From a virus: DNA of 64,000 bases. A model generated the notes under the pieces. That model did not search any database. It had not been told where the DNA came from and saw only the letters and a list, made by a program, of their open reading frames with translations. Location of the stretch: positions 15,794 through 79,793 of the IMG/VR virus record IMGVR_UViG_3300037069_002825; one strand, 5' to 3'. Position numbers and translations under genes: made by a program. Of the stretch, positions 19,793 through 28,770 are shown piece after piece (within the stretch, counting starts at the first letter, position 1; every line of letters starts with the position of its first letter).

Positions 19793-20805
19793 GCCACGAG
19801 CCCGAGACGCTCAGCGAACGCGCCTTCCGTCTGTTCGCCAACGCGCTGGATGTCGGCCTTTGCGATGCGTGCGTAGGCAAGGGTCTGATCGATCGAGCCG
19901 TGTCCCATCGTGATCTGGAGGTGCTCAAGCGGCATGCCGGCGCGCAGGCTCTCGGTTGCGTAGGTGTGACGGAACGGGTGCCAGTTCCAGACCTTACCGG
20001 AGAGGCTGATCCCGTTGTGCATCTGGTCGAGTGTCATTGGCGTGAGGTAGTCCGGTGGGTACAGCCGGAGCCACGGTCGGTTGTGGGTGACGCCGAGTCG
20101 CTCGCGGAACTCCAGCCATTCGGCGACGGCTAGGCGTGAATGGGCCATGTAGGGGACCTCGCGTTCCTTCGCCGTGCCCGGTCCCTGCTTGGCGGTGACG
20201 ACGATCACACCGTCGTTGTCGGGGTGAATCTGGGCCATCGTAATATGGCATATCTCGATGCAACGCAGGCCCTCCTCCAACGCGAGTGAGACCTGCGCCT
20301 CCAGCTGGTAGCGCCTCGCCCATAGCCAGATCCCCCGTTGGATCGGCGTCTTGCCCTCGTCGAAGCGCTTGAGTTTGCGAGAGCCCTTCCCGCTCAGCGG
20401 CGGTGACGGGTAACGCTCGGCCAGCTCGCGGTAGAAGGTGCGGATCTCGCTGGGTGTGTAGGGCTTCGGCGTAGACTGCGCGGAGCTGCCCCGTGGGTTC
20501 GGTACGGCTTTCAGGCGCAGGCGCAGCTCGGCGTCGATGAGTCCCGCTCTAAAGGCCCACGTGTGAAAGGCGCGAATCATCCCGTGCTTCGTTCGTACGG
20601 TGTTGGGGTGAAGACCACGGTCAATCTCGGCACCCATCCACTCCATGACCTCGCCGGGTTGCATCTCCACCAGCGGACGGTCATTCAGCACTTCCTCGGC
20701 AAAGCTCCCCAGCAGGGCAAGCTGTTCCTTGCGCCGCTGGGGAGTCACGCTGTTGGGCGCCATGTGCTCTTGCTCAAAGCGCAGCAGCAGCTCCTTGTTC
20801 GTCAT
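19789..20805 (-). CDS. Tyrosine recombinase (XerC/D-like)
   Basis: GLRCIE, AKQG, HPFRHTYA, MGH, TLAY catalytic set; SAM-like N-terminus. Confidence 0.92.
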   Translation of the reverse strand: MTNKELLLRFEQEHMAPNSVTPQRRKEQLALLGSFAEEVLNDRPLVEMQPGEVMEWMGAEIDRGLHPNTVRTKHGMIRAFHTWAFRAGLIDAELRLRLKAVPNPRGSSAQSTPKPYTPSEIRTFYRELAERYPSPPLSGKGSRKLKRFDEGKTPIQRGIWLWARRYQLEAQVSLALEEGLRCIEICHITMAQIHPDNDGVIVVTAKQGPGTAKEREVPYMAHSRLAVAEWLEFRERLGVTHNRPWLRLYPPDYLTPMTLDQMHNGISLSGKVWNWHPFRHTYATESLRAGMPLEHLQITMGHGSIDQTLAYARIAKADIQRVGEQTEGAFAERLGLVA

Positions 20806-20809
20806 GGGC

Positions 20810-21292
20810 TTAGGACGCGGTCCCGGTCCCGGGGACGGTGGTGACCTTCAGGGCGAGGCTCGCATCCTCCAGGCGCTGCCTGCGCTCGGCCAGCTCGGAG
20901 ATCTCAAACGTCAACGCTTCGACCCGACCCTCGACGTGGGCGATGCGCCCGGTGACGGTCGCCAGCTCACGTGAGACGTGATCCTCGACCGACAGGGCAT
21001 CGTCCGGCCGAGCGTCGAGCAGGGTCGGTTCACCTTTGATACCCGAGCGCTTGGGGGCGTCCGCCTTCGGCCGTGAGGTGATGGCCTGCCCTGTCCGGGC
21101 GCGCGGGCTACGGCGACCGCGCCGCGATCCCAGGCCGCCGATTTTGTAGCCGGCCTCCTCTATCCGCCGTTTGTGCTGGTAGATGCCGTTCACCGAGATG
21201 CCCATGACCTTTGCGGCCTCCTCGGCATCCTTTCCTGCGACCAGCAGGTCATGCACCCGCTGTTGCTTCGGTGTGAGCTTGGCTTTCGCCAT
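20810..21292 (-). CDS. LuxR-type HTH protein with coiled-coil tail
   Basis: LTPKQQRV..LL..G....EAA..MGIS...IY.H..RI. Confidence 0.7.
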   Translation of the reverse strand: MAKAKLTPKQQRVHDLLVAGKDAEEAAKVMGISVNGIYQHKRRIEEAGYKIGGLGSRRGRRSPRARTGQAITSRPKADAPKRSGIKGEPTLLDARPDDALSVEDHVSRELATVTGRIAHVEGRVEALTFEISELAERRQRLEDASLALKVTTVPGTGTAS

Positions 21293-21297
21293 CCTTG

Positions 21298-21804
21298 TCA
21301 GCCTCCGTTTTGGTTTGTGTTTTGTTTGTTGGGTGTGTTGGATGGTACTACAGCTGGCTGCGCTGACTGCACCTTCGCAACGATGCCGTCAGCCTGATCC
21401 CCTACCAGCTTGTAACGCTCGATGAGCGCAGTGGCTACGTCCTGCGGTGGGTACCCCATAGCAAGCGCCGCCATGGCCTCCCCTTCCATCGCCGCCTCCC
21501 GACGTGAGGCAGCCTTCCTAAACGCACGGGCCTTGTCGGCGAGGGCGTTTCGGTAAGGAGAGAGGACATCCTTCAGCACGATCTTGCCATCGACCGAGCC
21601 TGGCGCCATCCAGGAGCCGAATCGGTCATGCACGTAGTAGGTGACGCCCTCAGTGCTGAGCCGAGCGTGCAGGTAGCCGTCGGGGTGCATGCTGAACTTT
21701 GTGATTCGGAAGCTGTCGCAGCGTCCGACTGGCTCGATCACGTCGCGTGCCGCCTCTGCCATCAGGCGCTCGTCTTCGGCAACTCCACGCTCGTCGTCGC
21801 TCAC
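21298..21804 (-). CDS. Hypothetical protein
   Basis: GGAGG RBS before GTG 21804. Confidence 0.55.
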   Translation of the reverse strand: MSDDERGVAEDERLMAEAARDVIEPVGRCDSFRITKFSMHPDGYLHARLSTEGVTYYVHDRFGSWMAPGSVDGKIVLKDVLSPYRNALADKARAFRKAASRREAAMEGEAMAALAMGYPPQDVATALIERYKLVGDQADGIVAKVQSAQPAVVPSNTPNKQNTNQNGG

Positions 21805-21977
21805 TGGGCCTCCTGTTCGTTGGTGGTGGTCTTGCCGCAGCCCTGGCAGGTTGGGCACGGCGCTGGGAGCGTAGGTGGTCCGACACGCCCGGCACCCCCG
21901 CACTGCGGGCAAGTCACGATCTCCACGCCGCACATGGCGCGCTCCACTAGCTCTCGGTCGGACACGTGTCCCGTCAT
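21801..21977 (-). CDS. Small DnaJ-type zinc-finger protein (not in ORF track)
   Basis: Manual translation MTGHVSDRE...CPQCGGAG...CPTCQGCG; coupled at both ends. Confidence 0.6.
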   Translation of the reverse strand: MTGHVSDRELVERAMCGVEIVTCPQCGGAGRVGPPTLPAPCPTCQGCGKTTTNEQEAQ

Positions 21978-22222
21978 GAGACGATTTCACCCACCTCGCC
22001 CACGGCGTCGGCGTCGGCGTCCTCTATGTAGGGCAGGTGGACGACACCAACGCGCCCGGGCTCGTGGCCGAAGCTCATGCGGAACAGCGCCACGATCGCT
22101 TCGCGAACCTGATGGATCGACCCCTGGCGTGGCAGTTCCGTCATGCCGACCTTCGCCTCCACCGAGTAGCCCTCGGTGTCGCAGGCCCGCGCGATGATTA
22201 CGTACTTGATTGCATCGGTCAT
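21974..22222 (-). CDS. Hypothetical protein
   Basis: GAGGAG RBS; coupled stop. Confidence 0.55.
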   Translation of the reverse strand: MTDAIKYVIIARACDTEGYSVEAKVGMTELPRQGSIHQVREAIVALFRMSFGHEPGRVGVVHLPYIEDADADAVGEVGEIVS

Positions 22223-22266
22223 TCGATCGGTCTCCTCGTGCTCGTGGGTGGGAACCTTGCGTAGCT

Positions 22267-22891
22267 TTATGGTTGTCGCCGGCGTGAGTCGTAGGGCTTT
22301 GTGAGGAAGGCCCAGAATGTCCGTGGGTCGCTTAGGTCATAGCCCATCGCCTCGCCGCTACGTTCCTCGGCGATCGACCGGTCGATGATCGGCCGGCCCT
22401 CAACGGCCGCGACAGCCTCGACGTAATCGGGGTGAATCTCGACGCCCCAGTAGCCCCAGTGGGTCGGGTCGAGCGACTCGAATCGACCGCCGTTGCCCGC
22501 TGCGATTTCCACGGATTCCCAGGTCGGCATTGACAGCTCCAGTAGCTCGTCGTCGGGCGTGACGGCCCAGGCGTGAGTGGTGTAGTGGCCGAAGCCGGAC
22601 GAGTAGACCCCCCTCGAAGTAGCGAAGAGCCGGGTCGATGCGCACGGCAGCGATCGCATTTTCGAAGCACCGCAGGTTCTCACCCATCAGGTGCCGGTAC
22701 TTTTCGGGCAACACTCGTCCCGCGAAGAAGCGGCCGTGCTTGAGCAGAATCTCCGCCGCCCCGGCATAGACGGTGCCGGAGGCACGGGGCTCACGGAGCC
22801 ACTGGGCCACCCGCCGTTCAAGCTCTCGCCTGAGGGCGATGCGGTTACGGTCGGCTGGCGTGGTGCCGGTGAGGTCGTTGAACAGGCTCAT
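22267..22891 (-). pseudogene. Frameshifted transglutaminase/papain-fold-like gene
   Basis: CFENA...LRYFEG in one frame, VY...HAW...TW...YWGV in another; switch at G6 run 22608-22613. Confidence 0.6.
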
Positions 22892-23577
22892 CGGGTCTCC
22901 GGCCTGTAATTAGGCCCGGTGCTGATCCCGGGTCGCCAGTCGCGCTGCGAGCCCTTGCTGTCATCGAGGCCCAGCTCTTTCAGCCGGCGCCGGCGTTCCT
23001 CGTCGTTCAGCATGAGACCTTCGGGGAAGCCCACGGAGATGGCTTGACCGGCGGCCGTCACCCAGATGTGCGTCTGGTCCGCCTGGTCTACCAGTCGTGC
23101 CTCGGCCGGGAACAGCTCGAAACCCTCGCGACCCCAACCACAGATCTCGTTCTTGATCGCCTGGAGATCGCGCCAGTCATGCGCGGGCGTCTTGTCCCAG
23201 CGCTTGATCGACAGGTGCATTGGCCCCGCGCGCCCACGGTCGCCGAGATACATAACCTTCACTTCGTATTCGTCATTTTTCCACACCTCGTCGATGGTTT
23301 CGGCGATTACGAGTTGCTCGTGGTTTACCTCGCCGCGCTTGAGGGGTTGCCATGGGAGTCGGCCGCTCAGCACCTCGAATAGCAGTCTCAGTCGATCGCG
23401 CTCCTCGACGATCGCGGATACCTGGTCCCACGGCACCCAGCCTTCACCGCGCGCTTGAACATTATTTACGCGCGGCCATTTGCGGCCGGTCCGTTCGCTT
23501 TCGTGTTCACCCCTGTGATCCGGCGGGAGCCAGCACACCCCGTGCTCGCCGCTTATGCCGCAACGCTCACGACTCAT
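22888..23577 (-). CDS. Conserved phage protein
   Basis: HLSIKR.D...HDWRDLQ.IKNEI.G...E..E.FP...RLVD.A...H.W. Confidence 0.65.
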   Translation of the reverse strand: MSRERCGISGEHGVCWLPPDHRGEHESERTGRKWPRVNNVQARGEGWVPWDQVSAIVEERDRLRLLFEVLSGRLPWQPLKRGEVNHEQLVIAETIDEVWKNDEYEVKVMYLGDRGRAGPMHLSIKRWDKTPAHDWRDLQAIKNEICGWGREGFELFPAEARLVDQADQTHIWVTAAGQAISVGFPEGLMLNDEERRRRLKELGLDDSKGSQRDWRPGISTGPNYRPETR

Positions 23578-23619
23578 CGGTGTGCTCCTTACGGCGCCGC
23601 TGGTCGGTCGTACACCTCA

Positions 23620-24705
23620 TCACAGCCTCCTTGCTCGGGCCACGCCCGTCGGTGTTAGTTCACGGCCCTGCGGCGATACTTGGACGAGCCCCTGCTGGAG
23701 CAACCACGGCTCCACAAAGAGCGCGACGTTCTTGGTGTCGCGCGAGAAGCCGAGCGCGGTGGCGATCGTGTTGACCGAGGCTCGATACTTCGTCTCTCCG
23801 CCGACGACCCGTTCGGCCGAGAGTAGAAACCGCAGCATCCGCTGCATCGGCATCGTGAGCCCGTCGAGCGTGGTCGAGTTGAGGTCGACCACGACTTCCC
23901 TGGCGATCTCCCCCCCGATCAGCCCCTCGGCCAGCGAGCTGGCGTTGCGGAGATAGCGGTTGAGCTGGCGCGGGTTGGCGCGCGACGCCCCGGCGAAGAT
24001 GCGCGCGGCCACGGCCGTGAGCCCCAGACCCAGCGCAGCGGCGTTGTGGCGGGCCAGCACGGCCATGTCATCGGTCGTATAGGGGTCGAGCTGGGGTTGG
24101 AGCGGAAATCGCCCCAGGAACGGCTCAGGAAGCAGCCCCGCGTCGGTCGTGCACCCGATGATCGTGATCGCCGGGAAGTCCACGACCCCGGTGCTGGTCA
24201 CTAGCCGGCGGTCCTCCATGACCGAGAAGAACGCCTCGGGGTCGGCCGCCTGGGTGATCCCACGTCGATCGCCGCTGACCTGCATGTGGATCTCGTCCAC
24301 GATCACCACGTCGCCATCCTGGGCCACCTGGCGCAGCTGCTCGAACACATCGGTGGTCACGGGTGCACCCACCTGGAAGACTCGGCGCCCGGATTCATGG
24401 GCGATCACCTGGCCGAGCGTCGTCTTTCCGGTCCCCGAGGCACCGACCAGCAGGATGTGATCCAGGGGCCGCCCGCTGGCGCGAGAAGCGCCCACGATGC
24501 GCCCCAGCAGCCGCTTGAGCCGCTGCTGGCCCACCATGTCGGCAAAGGTCTGGGGCCGCAGCTCGTTGGCCGAGCGCGATTCGAAGTCGAGCGGGGCGAT
24601 CGTCGTGCGAGCTACCTGCTCCTCCGGCACAAGCGTCAGCCGACGGGCCATGTGCTGGGTGGCCTTGGCGCGGTCACGCTCCATCACGTCTGCGAGCGTT
24701 CTCAT
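23620..24705 (-). CDS. ruvB: RuvB-like Holliday junction branch-migration ATPase
   Basis: LRPQTF...VGQ, LDH.LL.G..GTGKTT, VDEIH, TT..GLL..P...RF, SR..PR, EPWLLQ.GL...P.GR. Confidence 0.88.
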   Translation of the reverse strand: MRTLADVMERDRAKATQHMARRLTLVPEEQVARTTIAPLDFESRSANELRPQTFADMVGQQRLKRLLGRIVGASRASGRPLDHILLVGASGTGKTTLGQVIAHESGRRVFQVGAPVTTDVFEQLRQVAQDGDVVIVDEIHMQVSGDRRGITQAADPEAFFSVMEDRRLVTSTGVVDFPAITIIGCTTDAGLLPEPFLGRFPLQPQLDPYTTDDMAVLARHNAAALGLGLTAVAARIFAGASRANPRQLNRYLRNASSLAEGLIGGEIAREVVVDLNSTTLDGLTMPMQRMLRFLLSAERVVGGETKYRASVNTIATALGFSRDTKNVALFVEPWLLQQGLVQVSPQGRELTPTGVARARRL

Positions 24706-24947
24706 GCCTCAACCCCGGTTCTCTTGTGGGTTCTCATGTGGTCGAGGACGGTACCCCAGTCTTGCTCGGGCTTGCCGCACTCGATGCATCGAGTGGGGTC
24801 TTCGCCCGGCGCACGTTGAGTCAGCGGTTCCCAGTGTCCGGCGGGCGCAGTCTCGATCGCGCAGCGACCGCAGAGCGACCACTTGCGTTTGTGGTGACGG
24901 AAGCCGATCACTGGCATCCCGGCGGTGTGGGTGACAATCGACCCCAT
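24702..24947 (-). CDS. Small Cys/His-rich protein
   Basis: CGRC, CIEC; coupled. Confidence 0.5.
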   Translation of the reverse strand: MGSIVTHTAGMPVIGFRHHKRKWSLCGRCAIETAPAGHWEPLTQRAPGEDPTRCIECGKPEQDWGTVLDHMRTHKRTGVEA

Positions 24948-24948
24948 G

Positions 24949-25593
24949 TTAGGGTTTCACCTTTCTGTACTCCGCGATGCCCCAGACGATTGCCCAGCAG
25001 CACCAAAGATAGTGGTTGTCCCACTCACGCATGTCATATTCGTATGCGTCGCGGATGGTAAGCCGGTCGTGCTCGAACCCCTCCAGTCGTTCGATGGCCG
25101 CGCGCCGGTCACATGGCTCTTCGACGTCAAGGAGCTGTTCCCTTACCGCCAGCCGTAGGTCGGCGACTACTCGCAACCCCGGGTCGCCGGGGTCGCCCTC
25201 GTCCACGCCCTCCCCGATCTCCTCGACCGCTTCCTTCAGCCATTCCTCCACGGTACGCCGATAGGCGTCAACGGTGAACACGCGGGTCGCTGCGCGGTCC
25301 GGGCGCGAGGTGATCTTCTCGGCCCAGTAGTCGGGACTGATGGTGTCCGAACCACCAAAGAAGTCGAACATATCGGGGATGCGCGAGAAGGTGTGATCCT
25401 GAACATCCCCGGCAATCGCAAGGTGCCCGGGCCAGGTGATGATGTCGAAGCCGTAAATGTAAGTGCGCGGTGCCTGGAAGCGAAGGTGTCGGTAGAGGCC
25501 CTCGTCGTGAAGGACGCGCATCTCGTGTTGCTCCGTATCGGCACGGAAACGCTCCCGTGCCACCATGTAAGGGTCACCACCGCCCATCATCAC
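24949..25593 (-). CDS. Conserved phage hypothetical protein
   Basis: H.M.VLHD.GLYRHLRF...FDIITWPG.L...GD...F.R..DMF.FF...YWAEK...W.C.AI.WGI..Y. Confidence 0.7.
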   Translation of the reverse strand: MMMGGGDPYMVARERFRADTEQHEMRVLHDEGLYRHLRFQAPRTYIYGFDIITWPGHLAIAGDVQDHTFSRIPDMFDFFGGSDTISPDYWAEKITSRPDRAATRVFTVDAYRRTVEEWLKEAVEEIGEGVDEGDPGDPGLRVVADLRLAVREQLLDVEEPCDRRAAIERLEGFEHDRLTIRDAYEYDMREWDNHYLWCCWAIVWGIAEYRKVKP

Positions 25594-26585
25594 TCACCAC
25601 CCAGTCCTTTCAGTTGCTTGCGCATCAGCTCGATAGCCTGATCGACCTCTTCGCTCTCGTCGGCCAGCGCGGCGTTGTAAGCGGCGGCCCTGCGTTGAAG
25701 TGACCTGAGCTTCGACCAGTGCACCTGGATCACGTTGCCACGGATAGCCTTGGTGCGGTCCTCGTAGGCGAGCACTTTGCGCACCTCCTCGATCGCCTGC
25801 TTGCTCTCTTCGAGCGCGCTGGCAATGTGGTGGCGACGAATCAGCTCCCGCTCACTGGCGCCATCGGCCAGTGGGACCGAATGCAGGTAGCCCCGGTGCT
25901 CGCTAAACAGGCGGTCGAGCACTTCGGACAACGCCTCGACCTGCTCAGCGTGCCGCGCGAGCACAAAGTACACACCTCCAGCCTGACCGCGAAGGCTAGT
26001 ACCTGACAGCCCGACGATCCCACGACCCTCGTCGCTGTCCTGCTTGATGTAGTTGCGGATGATCCCACGGACCTTGCGACCCGTGACGCTCTTCGCGTAC
26101 TTCTCCACATAGTTATCGATCTCCGTCATCATCGGCAAGCACTCCGCGCGTGGCACGCCGCCGAGCACGTAGTATTTCACCTCGTCTGTTTCCTTGTTGA
26201 AGATGACACGCATGGCTCGGGGGTAATCGACGGCCTTCTCCTCCAAGTCACGAACAACCCGGCTGATCTGATAGACGATCTCCACCTCACCGTTCACTAC
26301 GTCCACAACGTCTGTCTGCGTGATCGTGCGATCGGGATTGGTCACGCGAGCTTCCTGGGCACGCATCGCGCGCCGGAAGATATCGGCGGCCTTCTGATCG
26401 CGCGGCAACGGCTCGGGATCGAGGCCGGCGAGTAGCCACTCACGACGCAGCTTGCTGATCTGTACCGGCTCCTCCGGCATCGAGAACCAGCACACGTAGC
26501 CAAGCGGTTTGATCTTCGAGTCCTTGCTTACTGCCACCAGCCCGTCAAGGTTCCTCCCCGGACGGGAGGTGGTCGCGGACGACAT
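25590..26585 (-). CDS. Hypothetical protein (DUF6744-like) accompanying vWA/AAA genes
   Basis: LG...WFS, D.FRRA, GGVYFV, C-terminal coiled coil; family name from memory. Confidence 0.55.
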   Translation of the reverse strand: MSSATTSRPGRNLDGLVAVSKDSKIKPLGYVCWFSMPEEPVQISKLRREWLLAGLDPEPLPRDQKAADIFRRAMRAQEARVTNPDRTITQTDVVDVVNGEVEIVYQISRVVRDLEEKAVDYPRAMRVIFNKETDEVKYYVLGGVPRAECLPMMTEIDNYVEKYAKSVTGRKVRGIIRNYIKQDSDEGRGIVGLSGTSLRGQAGGVYFVLARHAEQVEALSEVLDRLFSEHRGYLHSVPLADGASERELIRRHHIASALEESKQAIEEVRKVLAYEDRTKAIRGNVIQVHWSKLRSLQRRAAAYNAALADESEEVDQAIELMRKQLKGLGGE

Positions 26586-26620
26586 TTTTGGTTCTCCGTT
26601 CATCGAGTGTTAGTTGGAAA

Positions 26621-28309
26621 TCAGGATATGTGTGTCGCGAGCATCGTCGTGGCGTCGCTCGGGTCAGTAAGATCGAAATCGCTGACGGGCACGACGTGCT
26701 CGCAGTATTGGTCCAGGTAGTTGAAGCTGCCACCGATGCCGATGCCCCACAACCTGACCCCCATTTCTGTGAGCTGATTGCGCAGGCGCTCATCTTCGAC
26801 GCTAAAGCCGGCCTCGCCGTCGCCGACCATGACCAGATCGGCCTTGCGGAACTCCGGCGCCTCGGACATCACCTTGGCCGCAGCCTGCACGCCGATCAGC
26901 GGGATGGTGCCGCCACCGAAGAAGTGAGAGCACATCTCCACGAGCAATTCGGGATCGAGGCCCTGCTTAGCCGGGAACATCCACTGTTCCGTCGAGCCGG
27001 AGAACTCGATGAGGCCAAAGTCTCGCTTCTCGGTCCTCGCGATGTGGAGTAGGCACATGGAGATCGCTCGCGCCCACACGTTCCGCTCACCGTCCATCGA
27101 GCTGGAGCCGTCAACGATCATGAGGATCGGACCACGACCAGCGTGCTCCTCCCCGACCGTGGAGTACACCAGCAGCTCGCTGCTCACGTACCGGGACAGG
27201 AAGTCGTCCTCCAGGTCGGCGTCCGCAAACGCGGCCAGCTCGCCAGCGGTGATGCGGTTCAGGGCGTCACCGAACTTGACATCCACAATCTCGTCCTGGC
27301 CGCCAGTGACACGCTTCGAGCGGTGGAAGCGGATATCGCGGTCGAGCCGGCCAAACATCTCGGCCATGCGCTTCAGGTCGGGGTTGTTGGTCCACTGCTC
27401 GGCGATGCTCAGCGCCTGCTCGGGCGACTTGTAGTGAGGCTCACCCGCGCCGAAGCCCTGGCCAAAGCTCGGGATGCCAGCGCCAGATTCCGCCGCTTCA
27501 CCCCCCGCAGCCGCCGCCTGGGCGATGGCTTCAGCCGCAGCGGCAGACATTGGAGTGGCAGATTCGGCAGCGCCGATGGCCTGCTGTTGGGCCTGCTGCT
27601 TGGCCTTCACCTGTTCGGCGATCTGTTCCTTCAATGCCTGGGGTATCGGCTGGCCGTTTTCGTGGTGGTTGCGCGCTTCCTGGCGTAGACCTTCCAGCCC
27701 CTGCATCGCGGACTGGGCCTGTTCGCGCATCTGTTCGTATTCCTGCGACTCGCGCGCCTGCACCACAAGCTCCTCGGTGAGCGTGTCCTTGAGCTTGTCG
27801 AGCACGGCCATCGTCGCCAGCGCGGACATCGCGGGGTCCTCGCGGGTGACGTTACGAGACTGTGCGTGGTCGTCCGTCGAGAAGAGCTTGGGCAGGATGC
27901 GTTTATGCAGCGAGACGCCGGGGTCGACCGGATCATCAACGAGCTTGGGCTGTTCCCGGGAGTGATAGCTGTAGAACACGTCCCGAGTGAGGTCAGCCCA
28001 GGCCTTGTACGGCTCGGCTTTTTCACGCGCAGCCTTGGCGTCACGCGCAGCCTTCTGATACTCCTGGATCTCTTGCTGCGAGGCGGTGGTGATGTCGATC
28101 ATGTCCGGCTCCGGCACGTCGGGCACGATCACCGGCGCCTCTTTGACGGCCATGCGCTGGAAACGCGGGCTGTCTTCCACGTAGGTGTTGTGCTCCAGTT
28201 GGTCGATCGAATCGTGAGCGACCACAGAGCGGTCCAGCTTCACCTTAGGCGCAGCGATGCGCTGTCCGGCGTGACCGAACAGGCGCTGTAGTCGCTCACT
28301 GATTGGCAT
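26621..28309 (-). CDS. vWA domain protein (ViaA/CoxE-like)
   Basis: MIDAS DGSSSM, FFGGGT, DLVMVGDGE. Confidence 0.88.
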   Translation of the reverse strand: MPISERLQRLFGHAGQRIAAPKVKLDRSVVAHDSIDQLEHNTYVEDSPRFQRMAVKEAPVIVPDVPEPDMIDITTASQQEIQEYQKAARDAKAAREKAEPYKAWADLTRDVFYSYHSREQPKLVDDPVDPGVSLHKRILPKLFSTDDHAQSRNVTREDPAMSALATMAVLDKLKDTLTEELVVQARESQEYEQMREQAQSAMQGLEGLRQEARNHHENGQPIPQALKEQIAEQVKAKQQAQQQAIGAAESATPMSAAAAEAIAQAAAAGGEAAESGAGIPSFGQGFGAGEPHYKSPEQALSIAEQWTNNPDLKRMAEMFGRLDRDIRFHRSKRVTGGQDEIVDVKFGDALNRITAGELAAFADADLEDDFLSRYVSSELLVYSTVGEEHAGRGPILMIVDGSSSMDGERNVWARAISMCLLHIARTEKRDFGLIEFSGSTEQWMFPAKQGLDPELLVEMCSHFFGGGTIPLIGVQAAAKVMSEAPEFRKADLVMVGDGEAGFSVEDERLRNQLTEMGVRLWGIGIGGSFNYLDQYCEHVVPVSDFDLTDPSDATTMLATHIS

Positions 28310-28328
28310 GGTGGTCCTTCCCCCCCCT

Positions 28329-28742
28329 TTAGGAGCTGTAGGTCGCCCGCTCGTTGTCGGTGGGATAGATGACGCCCAGCTCAGGGTCGTCTACCGAGAA
28401 GGCGATAAAGTCGTCGCTTGCGGCGGCGTAACGGTTGATCGCCCGTTCGAGAAAGCTCACGCCGTAGGGCTGTGGCGCGGGCTTGGCGGGAATCGCGGTC
28501 TTCGTGAGTGGGAGCACTAGGACTGTTCCGACATTCCTCCTCTCCTCGAAGGGAATCGCGGCGCCGCCGCTTTCCAGCTCGTCGGCCATCGTCCGGAGCG
28601 CTGTGACTGCCTTCGGGCGCAGTCGCTCGATCGCGGCCTCGCGCTTAGCCGTCCAGCCGTCACGTTCTCGTACGAGCCTATCCCGCTGCTTAGTCGCATC
28701 CGAAATCAGCTTTTTCCTGTCGATCTTGATTTTCGCGGCCAT
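28329..28742 (-). CDS. Hypothetical protein
   Basis: GGGAG RBS; lies between the AAA and vWA genes. Confidence 0.55.
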   Translation of the reverse strand: MAAKIKIDRKKLISDATKQRDRLVRERDGWTAKREAAIERLRPKAVTALRTMADELESGGAAIPFEERRNVGTVLVLPLTKTAIPAKPAPQPYGVSFLERAINRYAAASDDFIAFSVDDPELGVIYPTDNERATYSS

Positions 28743-28770
28743 GTTGCTCCCTTTTTGTGGTGGTGGATTG

